The notes below the pieces were generated by a model that saw nothing but the letters and a program-made list of their open reading frames with translations, made no database searches and had not been told where the DNA came from. Position numbers and translations under genes: made by a program. From Somniosus microcephalus (taxonomy: Eukaryota): a DNA stretch of 64,000 bases. Shown here in pieces: positions 54,401 through 62,406 of this stretch. Each line of letters begins with the position of its first letter. Positions within the stretch are counted from its first letter, which is position 1. The DNA lies in NCBI GenBank assembly GCA_052327205.1, contig CM126212.1:60636001-60700000 (forward strand), given 5' to 3'.

Positions 54401-57400
54401 ATGATGTTAATGTTTTCTCAGTGACAACTGAGGCTGGAGCTTGGAGGGTGAGGTTGTGCAGAAGAGCAACAAGAGAAAATTGGGATTTGATTGGTTGTGG
54501 GGTTTTTTGCACAATAATATTGTTGGTGTGACTATACATAGATACATAGAAGATAGGAGCAGGAGTAGGCCATTCGGCCCTTCGTGCCTGCTCCGCCATT
54601 TAATGAGATCATGGCTGATCCTTTAATTCAGTATCCCGTCCCCGCCTTCTCTCCGTAACCCTTAACCCCTTTTGCCCGTAGAAATATATCTAATTCCCTC
54701 TTAAATATATTTAATGAGCTGGCGTACACTGCCCTCTGTGGCAATGAGTTCCACAGGTTCACCACTCTCTGAGTGAAGAAATTCCCCCTCATCTCTGTCC
54801 TAAATGGTTTAGCCCTTATCCTTAAATTATGTCCTCTAGTTCTGTTTTCACCCGCCAAGGGAAACATTCCTTCTGCATCCAGTCTGTCTAGACCTGTCAG
54901 AATTTTATACACTTCTATGAGGTCCCCTCTCAATCTTCTAAACTCCAGTGTGTACATCCCTAAACTACATAGTCTCTCCTCATAGGTCATTCCCGCCATT
55001 CCTGGTATCAGCCTGGTGAATCGCCGCTGCACCCCCTCCATGGCAAGAACATCCTTCCTCAGATGAGGCGACCAAAACTGTACACAGTACTCGAGGTGTG
55101 GTCTCACCAGTGCCCTGTACAGCTGCAGCAAGGTATCCCTGTTCCTGTATTCTAACCCTTTTGCTATGAAGGCCAGCATACCGTTTGCCTTCTTGACCGC
55201 CTGTTGCACCTGCATGCTCGCCTTCAGTGACTGGTGTACAAGAACACCCAGGTCTCTCTGTACTTCCCCCTCTCCCAATCTATTGCCATTTAAATAATAA
55301 TTTGCCCTCCCGTTCCTGCACCCAAGGTGGATAACTTCGCACTTGTCCACATTATAGTGCATCTGCCATTTATCCGCCCAATCGCCCAGTCTGTCCAAAT
55401 CGCTCTGGAGCTTCCTGGTCTCTTCCTCTGAGCCCACCCCACCTCCTAGTTTAGTGTCGTCTGCAAATTTGGAAATGCTGCATCCGACTCCCTGATCCAG
55501 GTCATTAATGTAAATTGTGAACAGCTGGGGGCCCAGGACAGATCCCTGTGGTACCCCACTTGTTACTGCCTGCCATTCAGAAAATGAGCCGTTTATTCCA
55601 ACTCTCTGTTTTCTATCTGACAGCCAGTTCCCTATCCACGCCAAAACTTTCCCCTTTATCCCATGAGCCTCAATTTTCCATGCTAATCTTTTATGTGGGA
55701 CCTTATCGAAGGCCTTTTGGAAGTCCAGGTACACCACATCTACTGGCTCTCCCCCATCTATTCTACCAGTTACTCCCTCAAAAAATTCCAATAGATTAGT
55801 CAAGCACGATTTACCCTTTGTAAATCCATGTTGACTCTGTCCTATCCTGTCCCCATTTGCTAAGTGCTCCGCTATTTCATCCTTAATGATGGACTCCAGC
55901 ATTTTGCCCACAACTGATGTAAGGCTTACAGGTCTGTAATTACCTGCTTTTTCCCTACCCCCCTTTTTGAATAGTGGGGTAACGTTAGCTACCCTCCAAT
56001 CCATCGGCACTGTTCCCGAGTCTAATGAATTCTGAAAAATCATCCTTAGTGCATCCGCTATCTCTAGGGCCACCTCCTTCAGTACCCTAGGATGCATGTT
56101 ATCAGGCCCTGGGGATTTGTCCACCTTCAATCCCTTTAGCTTCCTTAACACCATATCCTTAGAGATATTGATTTGCGTCAGTTCCTCCTTTGCCAATGTC
56201 CCTGTGAACATTTTCTGTACCATCACATTTTTCACATTTGCAACATATTTTCTGACACAGTTGAGATACAAATGCATCACAAAAAACATTTCACTAGTTA
56301 TCTGTAGATTGCACAAATAAATTCTAGAAGCCACACATATGATATAAAGATATACATCATATAAGCTGAACAATATACTCAAGTGCAAACTCATCAACAA
56401 TTTTAAATTGAATTCAAGTTTGAAAGCTAAAGAATGGAAACTATTTTTTTAAATCCACTTGTTAACCTTTTTTATCTTAATGTAAAATTATACTAACCTT
56501 GTTCAAACAATCATCACAGTAATGTGAACCCTTCAGAAACACAGGTGCCATGTGCAAATGTAAAGAACTGGTACAAACACGTTTAGGTAGCTCAACTCGA
56601 TTCACACGATCTTCCAAGTGCCCACTAACCCCACCTGTGAGCTCCGTGCAGGAAAAAAAACTGGATGCATTATAGCTCTGATGCATAGGAATTTGATGCA
56701 GCTTGTGGACACTGCCATGGAAAGGCTGCAGCTGTTTGAAGAGGCTTCCACAACAGGACAGGTGCTGGGAAAGAGGTGGTTGAAGCTGACAACCAGAGAC
56801 AGCATTCTCTACATAGGGACCAGGCAAGTGGCATGGAGTCCCATCTAAACGGTTGTTAGCTATAGCCACCTTACATGACTTGGACGAGTGGAAAGTAGGC
56901 CTCGAGCCTATTTGACATGTGACTGTTCCAGCGCTTGTGTGTTCTAAAGCTCCACTATTTACAGAGTGAATGCAACCACCACCATTGTGAATTTGGAGGG
57001 AGCAAGAAGCCTCATTACCACAACGAGGGCAGCAGCTTACTTTAGTGCCAGTTGACTGCTGCTTTTGAAAGACCTGAATGTCAGAAGGCAGGGCACTTGC
57101 AAAGAAATTCGAATTAGCAGGATGAGGGGGAGGTGGAAAATCCTTCAACTCTAACACAGGTTTGTTGCTCTCCATGTAATTTTTCTAGAAGAAGAAAGGA
57201 CAAAACACTCAGGATTAGTATCTAAACTTCTGGCACTATGCTATGGTACACAACTACTCCCTATTACAAAATATAGCCAAACTTCTAAAATTTTTCAAAC
57301 ATCAGTTTTAGATTCTGCATTTAAAAAATAATCATTTTCTTTCGCACGAGCAAAGATTATTACAAAGGAACTCACACACACGAAGAGGAAAAGTATTGAG

Positions 57401-59342
57401 GCTTACAATATTACAGAAATTATTGTGCAATTTTATATATCCATAAACAGTGAAGAACATTAAACAATACTTCACCGTTGAAAGTAACATTTATGAAGCA
57501 GTATTTGCATGAATATAATGAAACAAAGATGAGATTAGGTTTTCAAAGGATTTTTTTCTGTTTGCTTTCAAGTTAGGCCAATTAAAGACCAATTTTACTG
57601 AAAACAATTTAAAAGTGCCTACTTCCTCCCCCCGCCCCCCCATTCACAGCAATTATTTGAGCTCTGAGGACTTCAACTTAACAGAGTTCCGAATTCCTAA
57701 TTTTTTCACACTGCAGAAGCCCTGATTATGTAAAATAATTACATTCATCACAATTGTTATATACAAATCACCTTGTGTACAGACATCGGTTTCCATGTTT
57801 GCACAGTAGTGCAGAGCCACTCAATAACTTATGTAGGAATGCATTCCAAATAAAAGCACCAGTTTCAAATTTCAGCTATTGTTCTAACTAGCAGATAATG
57901 CTACGCGACAAGTAATATTTCCAACTTCTATCACAACGCCACCTACAGGTATTACACAGAATTCAGTGACCCACTGACTTGAAATTAAGTCGACATCAGA
58001 AAATAAAAATAATTAAATAGTAGTCTCTAATTTCCTTGAAATTAGTCTATTGTGGTGAAGGATTCAATTATATTAAGCTCATTACAAGTGGCAAGTTTTC
58101 TAAACAGAAACGTTACACGGTGACAAGAAACTGTCCATAATTGGACAATGTCTCTGCTTCCATGAAGGAGAAAAATTACAATGACAAAACTTGCTATTCA
58201 CCTCTGGAAAACATTTTTTTTAAGTTACTGAATAACTGGATGAACTATGTTCAATTCACACATGCTGACATTAAGCATACTCAGCAGATTTTTTTAAAAA
58301 CTTCAATGAAACAAAATGAAAATTATACTACTCAATGTTACATCCATTACATGAAATAAAATCAATCATTTGCCATTTTCATACAGGTAGACTATCCTTT
58401 ATCCGAACTTCCGAAAACCTCTAAAAACCGAAAGTTTTTTCGTTCAGCGTAAGTCGTGCGCACGACATGACCAGAGTGGCGCACGACTTACGCTGAGCAG
58501 GGCAGAGGGTCACAGAGTTCCCTCCTGGGTAGGAGATTGCAGGCCGAGCCAGGCAGTGTGAAGGAGGTACCGGGTGAGTGAACCCAACAATACAGCGGCC
58601 GGTCCGATAGCTGCAGCGGCCCGTCCGATATTCTTTTCTCCCCCCGAGCCGAAACAAACCGCGGCCCGTCCGATATTCTTTTCTCCCCCCGGACCACCCC
58701 CCCCCCCCCCCACCGGACCCCGACCCGCCCCGGACCCCGACCTGAACCGCGGCCCGTCCGATATTCTTTTCTCCCCCCCCACCCGACCTGATTTGCGGGC
58801 CAGCTTAGTAGGAGTCAGCCGATATCCGGCTTTCCAGAGAAGCAGGAAGGGGAATGAGACACGGAACAGTCGCAAGAGGTAGCCTGAACTTTTAAAATTT
58901 ATATTAAATACAAATTTCCCAGTCTTCTAATAATACCTTCTGAAATCCAAAAAATTCCGAAAACCGAAACTCAGCTGGTCCCAAGGCTATTGGATAAGGG
59001 ATAGTGTACCTGTACTAGAGTGCTCAGCTTCAAAACACAATACCACGTGTAGAAAGCAGAAAAATGTTACTTGTAAACTGAGTATGAAATTTTATTTACA
59101 CCACTGCTATACTTCATAAGCAAATGTGGTTGTTACAATATACGGTAATGTAGTAAATGTAATAGGTTGCAATGAGAACTTACTGTTTTTCTACTAGGCG
59201 GCAATATCTGTTCAACTGTTGAAAAGCAATTGGAGATTTTCCAGAGCCACGGTTTAGAAATGTCACCATCATCATCTGGTTGATTCAGCCATCCAACAGG
59301 CCTACTGCAGAAGGAATTCTCCTTTCTGTTGCCATCCATCAT
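9201..59342 (-). CDS. MARF1: MARF1 (meiosis regulator and mRNA stability factor 1 / limkain b1), 26 coding exons, about 1750 aa
   Basis: Spliced translation is collinear with vertebrate MARF1 from [21 protein letters not shown] through VFWDIENC (NYN), two RRMs and LOTUS repeats to [16 protein letters not shown]. Exon lengths sum to 5253 nt; all introns are GT-AG with matching phases. Confidence 0.97.
10201..10585 (+). mobile_element. SacSINE1/Deu-domain SINE, 5'-truncated
   Basis: Deu core GGAGGTGCCG..TTGGATGAGATGTTAAACCGAG..GGCACTATTT..GTGTCCTGGCCAA; L2-like tail. Confidence 0.85.
10779..10949 (-). CDS. MARF1: MARF1 coding exon 25
   Basis: [46 protein letters not shown]; 171 nt; read manually. 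Confidence 0.94.
11675..11965 (-). mobile_element. LINE 3' end fragment
   Basis: [17 protein letters not shown] then GGATGGGCAATAAA..CCCACATCCC tail; related decayed copy at about 28150-28330 (+). Confidence 0.7.
12044..12187 (-). CDS. MARF1: MARF1 coding exon 24 (divergent linker)
   Basis: ccctccag|(V)[16 protein letters not shown]|gtaagt; 144 nt, phase 1/1; position fits, sequence weakly conserved. Confidence 0.82.
12754..12814 (-). CDS. MARF1: MARF1 coding exon 23
   Basis: [20 protein letters not shown]|gtaaag; 61 nt; read manually. Confidence 0.94.
13027..13163. repeat. About 135-bp direct repeat, copy 1 (copy 2 at 18581-18714)
   Basis: Shared GCCACAATCTGCT..TTCTTTAAGTTCTCTAGTTTAAGAC..CTGGGACAAAAGAATGG..GTCACTTCACAG. 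Confidence 0.9.
13191..13504 (+). mobile_element. Tigger-like MITE family A, copy 2
   Basis: Perfect 21-bp TIR CAGGAAACTTTGTGCTATCCG, TA TSD. Confidence 0.9.
14126..15074 (+). pseudogene. CR1 ORF1p: zinc finger, leucine zipper, SGNH esterase (frameshifted)
   Basis: CxxC..CSKC plus [15 protein letters not shown]; [14 protein letters not shown] and DGLH esterase blocks. Confidence 0.9.
15078..18073 (+). pseudogene. CR1 ORF2p: APE endonuclease and reverse transcriptase (several frameshifts/stop)
   Basis: YLNAHSI, AITETW, MGDFN, SDHN (APE); [33 protein letters not shown] (RT), spread over five ORF pieces. Confidence 0.95.
18581..18714. repeat. About 135-bp direct repeat, copy 2
   Basis: Roughly 90% match by eye to 13027-13163. 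Confidence 0.9.
18944..19156 (-). CDS. MARF1: MARF1 coding exon 22 (LOTUS)
   Basis: [41 protein letters not shown]|gtaaag; 213 nt. Confidence 0.96.
20559..20789 (-). CDS. MARF1: MARF1 coding exon 21 (LOTUS)
   Basis: [40 protein letters not shown]|gtatga; 231 nt. Confidence 0.93.
20891..21118 (-). CDS. MARF1: MARF1 coding exon 20 (LOTUS)
   Basis: [37 protein letters not shown]|gtatgt; 228 nt; read manually. Confidence 0.95.
21255..21520 (-). mobile_element. L2 LINE 3' fragment
   Basis: Same tail as 22035-22665. Confidence 0.75.
22035..22665 (-). mobile_element. L2 LINE 3' fragment
   Basis: [33 protein letters not shown] is the L2 ORF2 C-terminus; tail TGTGAAGCGCCTTGAGAC..GCTATATAA. Confidence 0.88.
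23155..23246. repeat. 46-bp tandem duplication
   Basis: CACCACACCAACTTTTCAGGAATACTGCAATGATAAA(A/G)GTGACTAC x2, one mismatch. Confidence 0.95.
23444..23646 (-). CDS. MARF1: MARF1 coding exon 19 (LOTUS)
   Basis: [33 protein letters not shown]|gtgagc; 203 nt. Confidence 0.96.
24090..24375 (+). mobile_element. tRNA-derived SINE (decayed)
   Basis: A/B-box-like head (TAGTTTAGTAGTTAG..TTCAAATCCC); tail GCAACTAGGCATGGTAATAAA resembles the LINE tail at 11675-11965. Confidence 0.65.
25127..25260 (-). CDS. MARF1: MARF1 coding exon 18
   Basis: [22 protein letters not shown]|gtgatt; 134 nt. Confidence 0.95.
25577..26046 (+). mobile_element. Full-length SacSINE1/Deu-domain SINE
   Basis: A box TGGCTCAGTTGG, B box GGTTCAAGTCCC, Deu core, L2-like tail and CTTT repeats. 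Confidence 0.9.
26597..26739 (-). CDS. MARF1: MARF1 coding exon 17
   Basis: [39 protein letters not shown]|gtaagt; 143 nt. Confidence 0.95.
27372..27698 (-). mobile_element. Tigger-like MITE family A, copy 3
   Basis: TA|CAGGAAGCTTTG...CAAAGTTTTCTG|TA; reverse homology to the other copies. Confidence 0.85.
28753..28973 (-). CDS. MARF1: MARF1 coding exon 16 (LOTUS)
   Basis: [50 protein letters not shown]|gtgagt; 221 nt. Confidence 0.96.
29330..29760 (-). mobile_element. Highly decayed CR1-like fragment
   Basis: Remnant GAACAGAATGCAGCATTCAAGGTGTTGACTGG corresponds to the LEYCVQFW region on minus. Confidence 0.5.
30763..30938 (-). CDS. MARF1: MARF1 coding exon 15
   Basis: [32 protein letters not shown]|gtaagc; 176 nt. 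Confidence 0.95.
32646..35147. mobile_element. hAT-like non-autonomous element containing MITE family B
   Basis: Ends TAGGATTGCAAAC...GTTGGCAACCCTA; flanks gtaccaac versus gta[MITE A]cctag. Confidence 0.5.
33811..34905 (+). mobile_element. GC-rich MITE family B with internal CCCGATCTCTTG minisatellite
   Basis: Ends AAAATCCAGCCC; subterminal hairpin CAGGCCCTGCCG..CGGCAGGGCCTG shared with 5399-6103. Confidence 0.7.
35151..35483 (+). mobile_element. Tigger-like MITE family A, copy 4
   Basis: TA|CAGGAAACTTT...AAAGTTTCCTG|TA. Confidence 0.88.
35846..35965 (-). CDS. MARF1: MARF1 coding exon 14
   Basis: [39 protein letters not shown]|gtgagt; 120 nt; read manually. Confidence 0.95.
36274..36507 (-). 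CDS. MARF1: MARF1 coding exon 13
   Basis: [37 protein letters not shown]; 234 nt. Confidence 0.95.
37192..37272 (-). CDS. MARF1: MARF1 coding exon 12 (start of first LOTUS)
   Basis: ttacag|[26 protein letters not shown]|gtagag; 81 nt; read manually. Confidence 0.93.
38314..38386 (+). pseudogene. tRNA-Lys(CTT)-derived sequence (pseudogene or retrocopy head)
   Basis: Ungapped 73-nt alignment to canonical vertebrate tRNA-Lys-CTT, about 60/73 by hand; anticodon CTT at 38347-38349; U8 and G18 mutated. Confidence 0.85.
38405..39044 (+). mobile_element. Tx1/L1-clade LINE 3' fragment
   Basis: [10 protein letters not shown]..[26 protein letters not shown] is a decayed CCHC zinc knuckle; AT-rich tail ending AAGAG. 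Confidence 0.8.
39601..39779 (-). CDS. MARF1: MARF1 coding exon 11 (RRM2)
   Basis: [35 protein letters not shown]|gtaagg; 179 nt. Confidence 0.95.
39993..40170 (+). mobile_element. AmnSINE2-like SINE head (decayed)
   Basis: TGGCTCAGTGG..GAGTCATACAGA..GATCTCAACC; same family as 51763 and 53838. Confidence 0.55.
40396..41162 (+). mobile_element. PIF/Harbinger-like MITE
   Basis: AAT|GGCCTGGAAATT...AAAATCCAGGCC|AAT; homologous to 62407-63139. Confidence 0.82.
42092..42275 (-). CDS. MARF1: MARF1 coding exon 10 (start of RRM2)
   Basis: [41 protein letters not shown]|gtaaac; 184 nt. Confidence 0.94.
42523..42681 (-). CDS. MARF1: MARF1 coding exon 9
   Basis: [30 protein letters not shown](R)|gtaact; 159 nt, phase 2/2. 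Confidence 0.9.
43663..43823 (-). CDS. MARF1: MARF1 coding exon 8
   Basis: ataag|[11 protein letters not shown]...SENI(K)|gtaagt; 161 nt, phase 0/2. Confidence 0.88.
45133..45375 (-). mobile_element. Tx1-clade LINE 3' fragment with 14-bp TSD
   Basis: Homologous to 38840-38980; GGAAATTGTCTTCT at 45119-45132 and 45376-45389. Confidence 0.9.
45462..45790 (-). mobile_element. CR1 3' fragment
   Basis: [26 protein letters not shown] plus TTCTTATG tail. Confidence 0.85.
46130..46385 (-). mobile_element. Decayed Deu-SINE fragment
   Basis: Reverse similarity to 25577-26046. Confidence 0.5.
46780..47135 (-). mobile_element. AmnSINE2-like SINE (decayed)
   Basis: Minus strand GAGCCACACAGA..TGCTGAGTTACCTGAT..AAATCAGC..TCCTGAT. 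Confidence 0.55.
47340..47660 (+). mobile_element. Decayed CR1-like 3' fragment
   Basis: TTTAAAAGGAACTGGCTAAATATCT..GGGTTA and terminal GAGCTGAACAAGCCTTTTTC resemble a CR1 tail. Confidence 0.45.
47887..48060 (-). mobile_element. HE1 (V-SINE) 3' fragment
   Basis: Near-identical reverse complement of 61903-62100, apart from a deletion of about 24 nt. Confidence 0.9.
48272..48706 (-). CDS. MARF1: MARF1 coding exon 7 (RRM1)
   Basis: [49 protein letters not shown]|gtaatc; 435 nt. Confidence 0.95.
49354..49526 (-). CDS. MARF1: MARF1 coding exon 6 (end of NYN)
   Basis: [35 protein letters not shown]|gtaagt; 173 nt. Confidence 0.95.
49975..50092 (-). CDS. MARF1: MARF1 coding exon 5 (NYN)
   Basis: [39 protein letters not shown]|gtaagt; 118 nt; absent from the ORF track, read manually. 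Confidence 0.95.
50515..50738 (-). CDS. MARF1: MARF1 coding exon 4 (start of NYN domain)
   Basis: [39 protein letters not shown]|gtaagg; 224 nt. Confidence 0.96.
51763..52050 (+). mobile_element. AmnSINE2-like SINE
   Basis: GATCCCAGTCTATGCTGAGTTAGCTAAGCTCAG..GGTTCCTGCTCCTAATC..CAGTGAC..TGTGGACATC matches the recalled AmnSINE2 core. Confidence 0.65.
52485..52656 (-). CDS. MARF1: MARF1 coding exon 3
   Basis: tgcag|[19 protein letters not shown]...QKY(G)|gtatgt; 172 nt. Confidence 0.92.
53063..53765 (-). mobile_element. Harbinger-like MITE related to the 3765-6602 host
   Basis: Shares CAGGGCCAGA..GGTTGTTCAGCAG and the subterminal hairpin; ends uncertain. Confidence 0.6.
53838..54170 (+). mobile_element. 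AmnSINE2-like SINE
   Basis: GCAGTGGGTAAATG..TGAGCCATACAGA..TTAGCTGAT..GTGGACAT..GAGGACAGG..CTGGAGGGC. Confidence 0.6.
54535..56205 (-). mobile_element. Young 5'-truncated CR1 with uninterrupted RT frame
   Basis: About 520 codons open from just before KSPGPD through FADD to the stop at 54628; 3' stem-loop and CTATGTAT tail. Confidence 0.95.
56498..57184 (-). CDS. MARF1: MARF1 coding exon 2
   Basis: ttctag|[15 protein letters not shown]...CDDCLNK|gttagt; 687 nt, phase 0/0. Confidence 0.93.
58384..59012 (+). mobile_element. Tigger4/MER46-like pogo MITE
   Basis: TA|CAGGTAGACTATCCTTTATCC...GGATAAGGGATAGTGTACCTG|TA; CCGAAA subterminal repeats. Confidence 0.85.
59184..59342 (-). CDS. MARF1: MARF1 coding exon 1 (exon begins at about 59400, 58 nt of 5'UTR)
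   Basis: [45 protein letters not shown]; acceptor tatag|GAG at 59400; donor ACA|gtaagt. Confidence 0.92.
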
Positions 59343-61748
59343 ACAGCCTTACATACTTCCTCAGCATCCTTCCATCTGTCCTTCCTTTCATTCTTCCCTC
59401 CTATACTTAAAAAAATGTAAGCAAATTTTGTTCAGAAAGTGAAGCAGCTGCATCAGTTTTTTTTTGCATTTAGCTTTCCCCAGCCACGCACCACTTTCAT
59501 CGACATAACACAAGTTTAGGAACTGCAATAGCAAAGCCAGCACTATATGGTTAACTTCTTTACATGACTATTAGTACCATAAAACAAACTGGTACTTGAA
59601 CACTACATACACACACTCACACAGGAGCAGTGGTACAAATCAGATCCTCCCACAGTCAGCAATACTGGGACTTGAGATAGTTCTGTCAACAATACGATAA
59701 AGCTTTACATGCAGGTGTTAAGTAACTGCACAAATAAAGTTAGTGAGACAGGGTGTAATTAATATCAGGTTTGAGACTCTGCACTCCACAGCATATGGTC
59801 ATTTTGTGAGCTTTATTCAATAGACATGAACAGATCATACATTACTGTAGCCTGAGAGACACCAGTAGTCTTCCAATTTAGATCAATTCTATCTTGCACA
59901 CTCCTGGGGGTGTACTCACTGGAGCTGCTCATATCATCACTATTTAAGCACTAAAATCACAAGTACACATGAGTACTGGCACATTTTCTCTTAACTGCAT
60001 CATATCAAGGAAAAGGGAGGCAAAACTAAAACTAACAAATATAGCTCTGTCCAGAGTACACTTATTAAATCAGAGGCTGCTCTTGGTCTCCGTTATCTCG
60101 ACCCTGACATCACATTCTGCAGCAGCTGATCCTTCAGTTCGGAGTTCCTTCAAGGTTTTATTTGAAACTAAACCAGTGACCTGTTGACCTTTACACAGAT
60201 ACTGGTAAGCAAAGGATTCAATCACTCAAATTCATCTTTGTCTACTGTCAGTAACGAGCAGAAGTACCCAAGTTTTTGAGCAACTTTAAAAATAATATAC
60301 TTTTAACTTTTAATTAACTGCAGATGTGATGCATTTTACAGAGATAAAGTAGGTTGTACAATTAAAACCTCCAGATGTATTGGTGCAGTTTTAATTAAAA
60401 TTCTACACTTTGTGGTGAGTGACTGTTTGCTCAGACTACCTGATGTAATGATGCTTTCATCCTGGCAAGTAAATGTAGCCGGAACTCCGGGGGGGGGGGG
60501 GGGGGGGGCAGGGAGGGGGAAATAACTTGTAGTTTTAAAAGATGATAGAAGGACTTTGAAAGGTTTGGATAAATTATAAGTGTAGAACAGAGTCTATGCA
60601 AGTTAACTTCATACTATAAGTTTGCAGATGCATAAAAGATAACAGTATAAATATGTGCATGATATTATTAGAAGAGAGACAGTTAATGAACCAGGAAAGT
60701 TTAAAGATGACTCGTCAAAGATGTAACCCAGAGAAGAACCAGTGCACCATGAAGAAGAATTGAACTATTTTGATACATTAGTTAAGCTTCTGCCTCATCA
60801 AAAAGGTCATATGCACTTTTACTATCAATTAAGTTAAAGACTTAGACAGCAAATGATTAGGACCTGTTACATTGCTGTAAAAATTACAAAATGGCTAACT
60901 ATACTGCAATCCTTGAAATTGACTGCTTTAGGGTGAAACCGCTAAGACTGTGATACTCTAATACTGGGTCATGCTATGTTAAATTGAAGCCAACTAATGC
61001 TGCACTGTTGTAATTCTGAAACTAGACTACTGTAAGGTTTGTGATAACTATGTTACCAATTGTATTATCTTTGCCTACGTAGAAGTTACAAAAGAAAGCA
61101 GTTATTAAAATGTCAAACCAATGTTGTATTCTTGCCAATGTTCGAACTATAGCTGGATCTTTTTAATACAGTGTTTGATGCAGAACAATTCAAGAGCAAA
61201 ATTAGGCATCACAAATAAAACTGTAGCTACAAATATAAATCCTGAGCAATTCAGATCCCATATCAGCAAAAGTCTCCTCCCCTAGCGTAACACAGTCTAA
61301 CCAGTGCAATAGAGGTCGGATGAATTAATCACAATTGTGACAGGTGGAACAAACAGCTATGATTATCCAACAGCTCACACTGCTTGGTCTTCTCCTCAAC
61401 CAAATTTCACACTCCTTACTGACCTTTGATCTTAAGCTACTCAAATCCAAGATTAAAGTGCATTTTTTAAACATATAAAGCTCAAGTAAAATCTACTAAA
61501 AATTGGTCTCCACAGATGCTTCCTCGCCTGCTGAGTATTTCCAGCATTTTCGGTTTATACTTCAAACACAAAGGGATCTGGATAGGTTGGGAAGGTGGGT
61601 TGATGAGTGGTATATGGCATTTAATGTGAACAAATGCAAGGTAATAAGACTAGGGAAGGAAACTAATTTGGGGGGGTGGGGGGTGATATAAAGTGTCCAT
61701 TTGGCTCAGTTGGTTACACTCTCACTTGTCAAAAGATTGTAGTTTCAA

Positions 61749-62100
61749 GCACGGTGGCATAGTGGTTAGCACTGTTGCCTCACAGCGCCAGGGACCCGGG
61801 TTCAGAATCCGGCCTCGGGCGACTGTCTGTGTGGAGTTTGCACATTCTCCCCGTGTTTGCGTGGGTTTCCTCCGGGTGCTCCGGTTTCCTCCCACAGTCC
61901 AAAGATGTGCGGGTTAGGTTGATTGGCTATGATAAATTGACCCTTAGTGTTAGGGGGATTAAATACGTGGGGTTGTGGGGATAGGGTGGGATATGTGTTG
62001 GTGTAGGGGTTACGGGGATCGGGTGGGATATGTGTCGGTGCAGGCTCGATGGGCCGAAATGGCCTCTATCTGCACTGTGGGGTTTCTGTGATTTCTGTGA
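61749..62100 (+). mobile_element. Full-length HE1 V-SINE
   Basis: tRNA head; V-domain TGTGTGGAGTTTGCACATTCTCCCCGTG..TTTCCTCCGGGTGCTCCGGTTTCCTCCCACAGTCCAAAGA; CR1-like tail. Confidence 0.92.
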
Positions 62101-62406
62101 AGCCGCACTCCAGACTTAAGCATATAATTTGTCCAGTTGAGGGAGCATTACATTGTCAGAGGTGGCATCTTTTGGATGAGTCATTAAACTGTGAGCTCAG
62201 ATTGAAAAACAAAACATGATTTGAAGAAGAGCAGACAGTACTCCCAGTGTCCTGGCCAACATTTCTCCCTCAACTAACACCACCAAAACAAATTATCTAA
62301 CAATTCCTTAATTTGCTGCTTGTGAGACCTTGGTTGTGCACAAATTGTATGTCGTGATTGGCTGCTACATTTGCCCTCATAGCAATAGTTGCACTTCAAA
62401 AGTAAT

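Noticed and set aside
56206-56400. N-terminal ~65 aa of the 590-aa ORF as a novel RT fusion
   Set aside because: AT-rich intron sequence that happens to be open in frame with a truncated CR1; no splice or homology support.
58616-58780. CRISPR-like repeat-spacer array
   Set aside because: Eukaryotic locus, only three repeats with irregular low-complexity spacers inside a MITE, no cas genes.
4145-60508. Recurrent G/C homopolymers of about 14-21 nt as a functional system
   Set aside because: Scattered in TEs and introns without pattern; lengths may reflect slippage or sequencing error.
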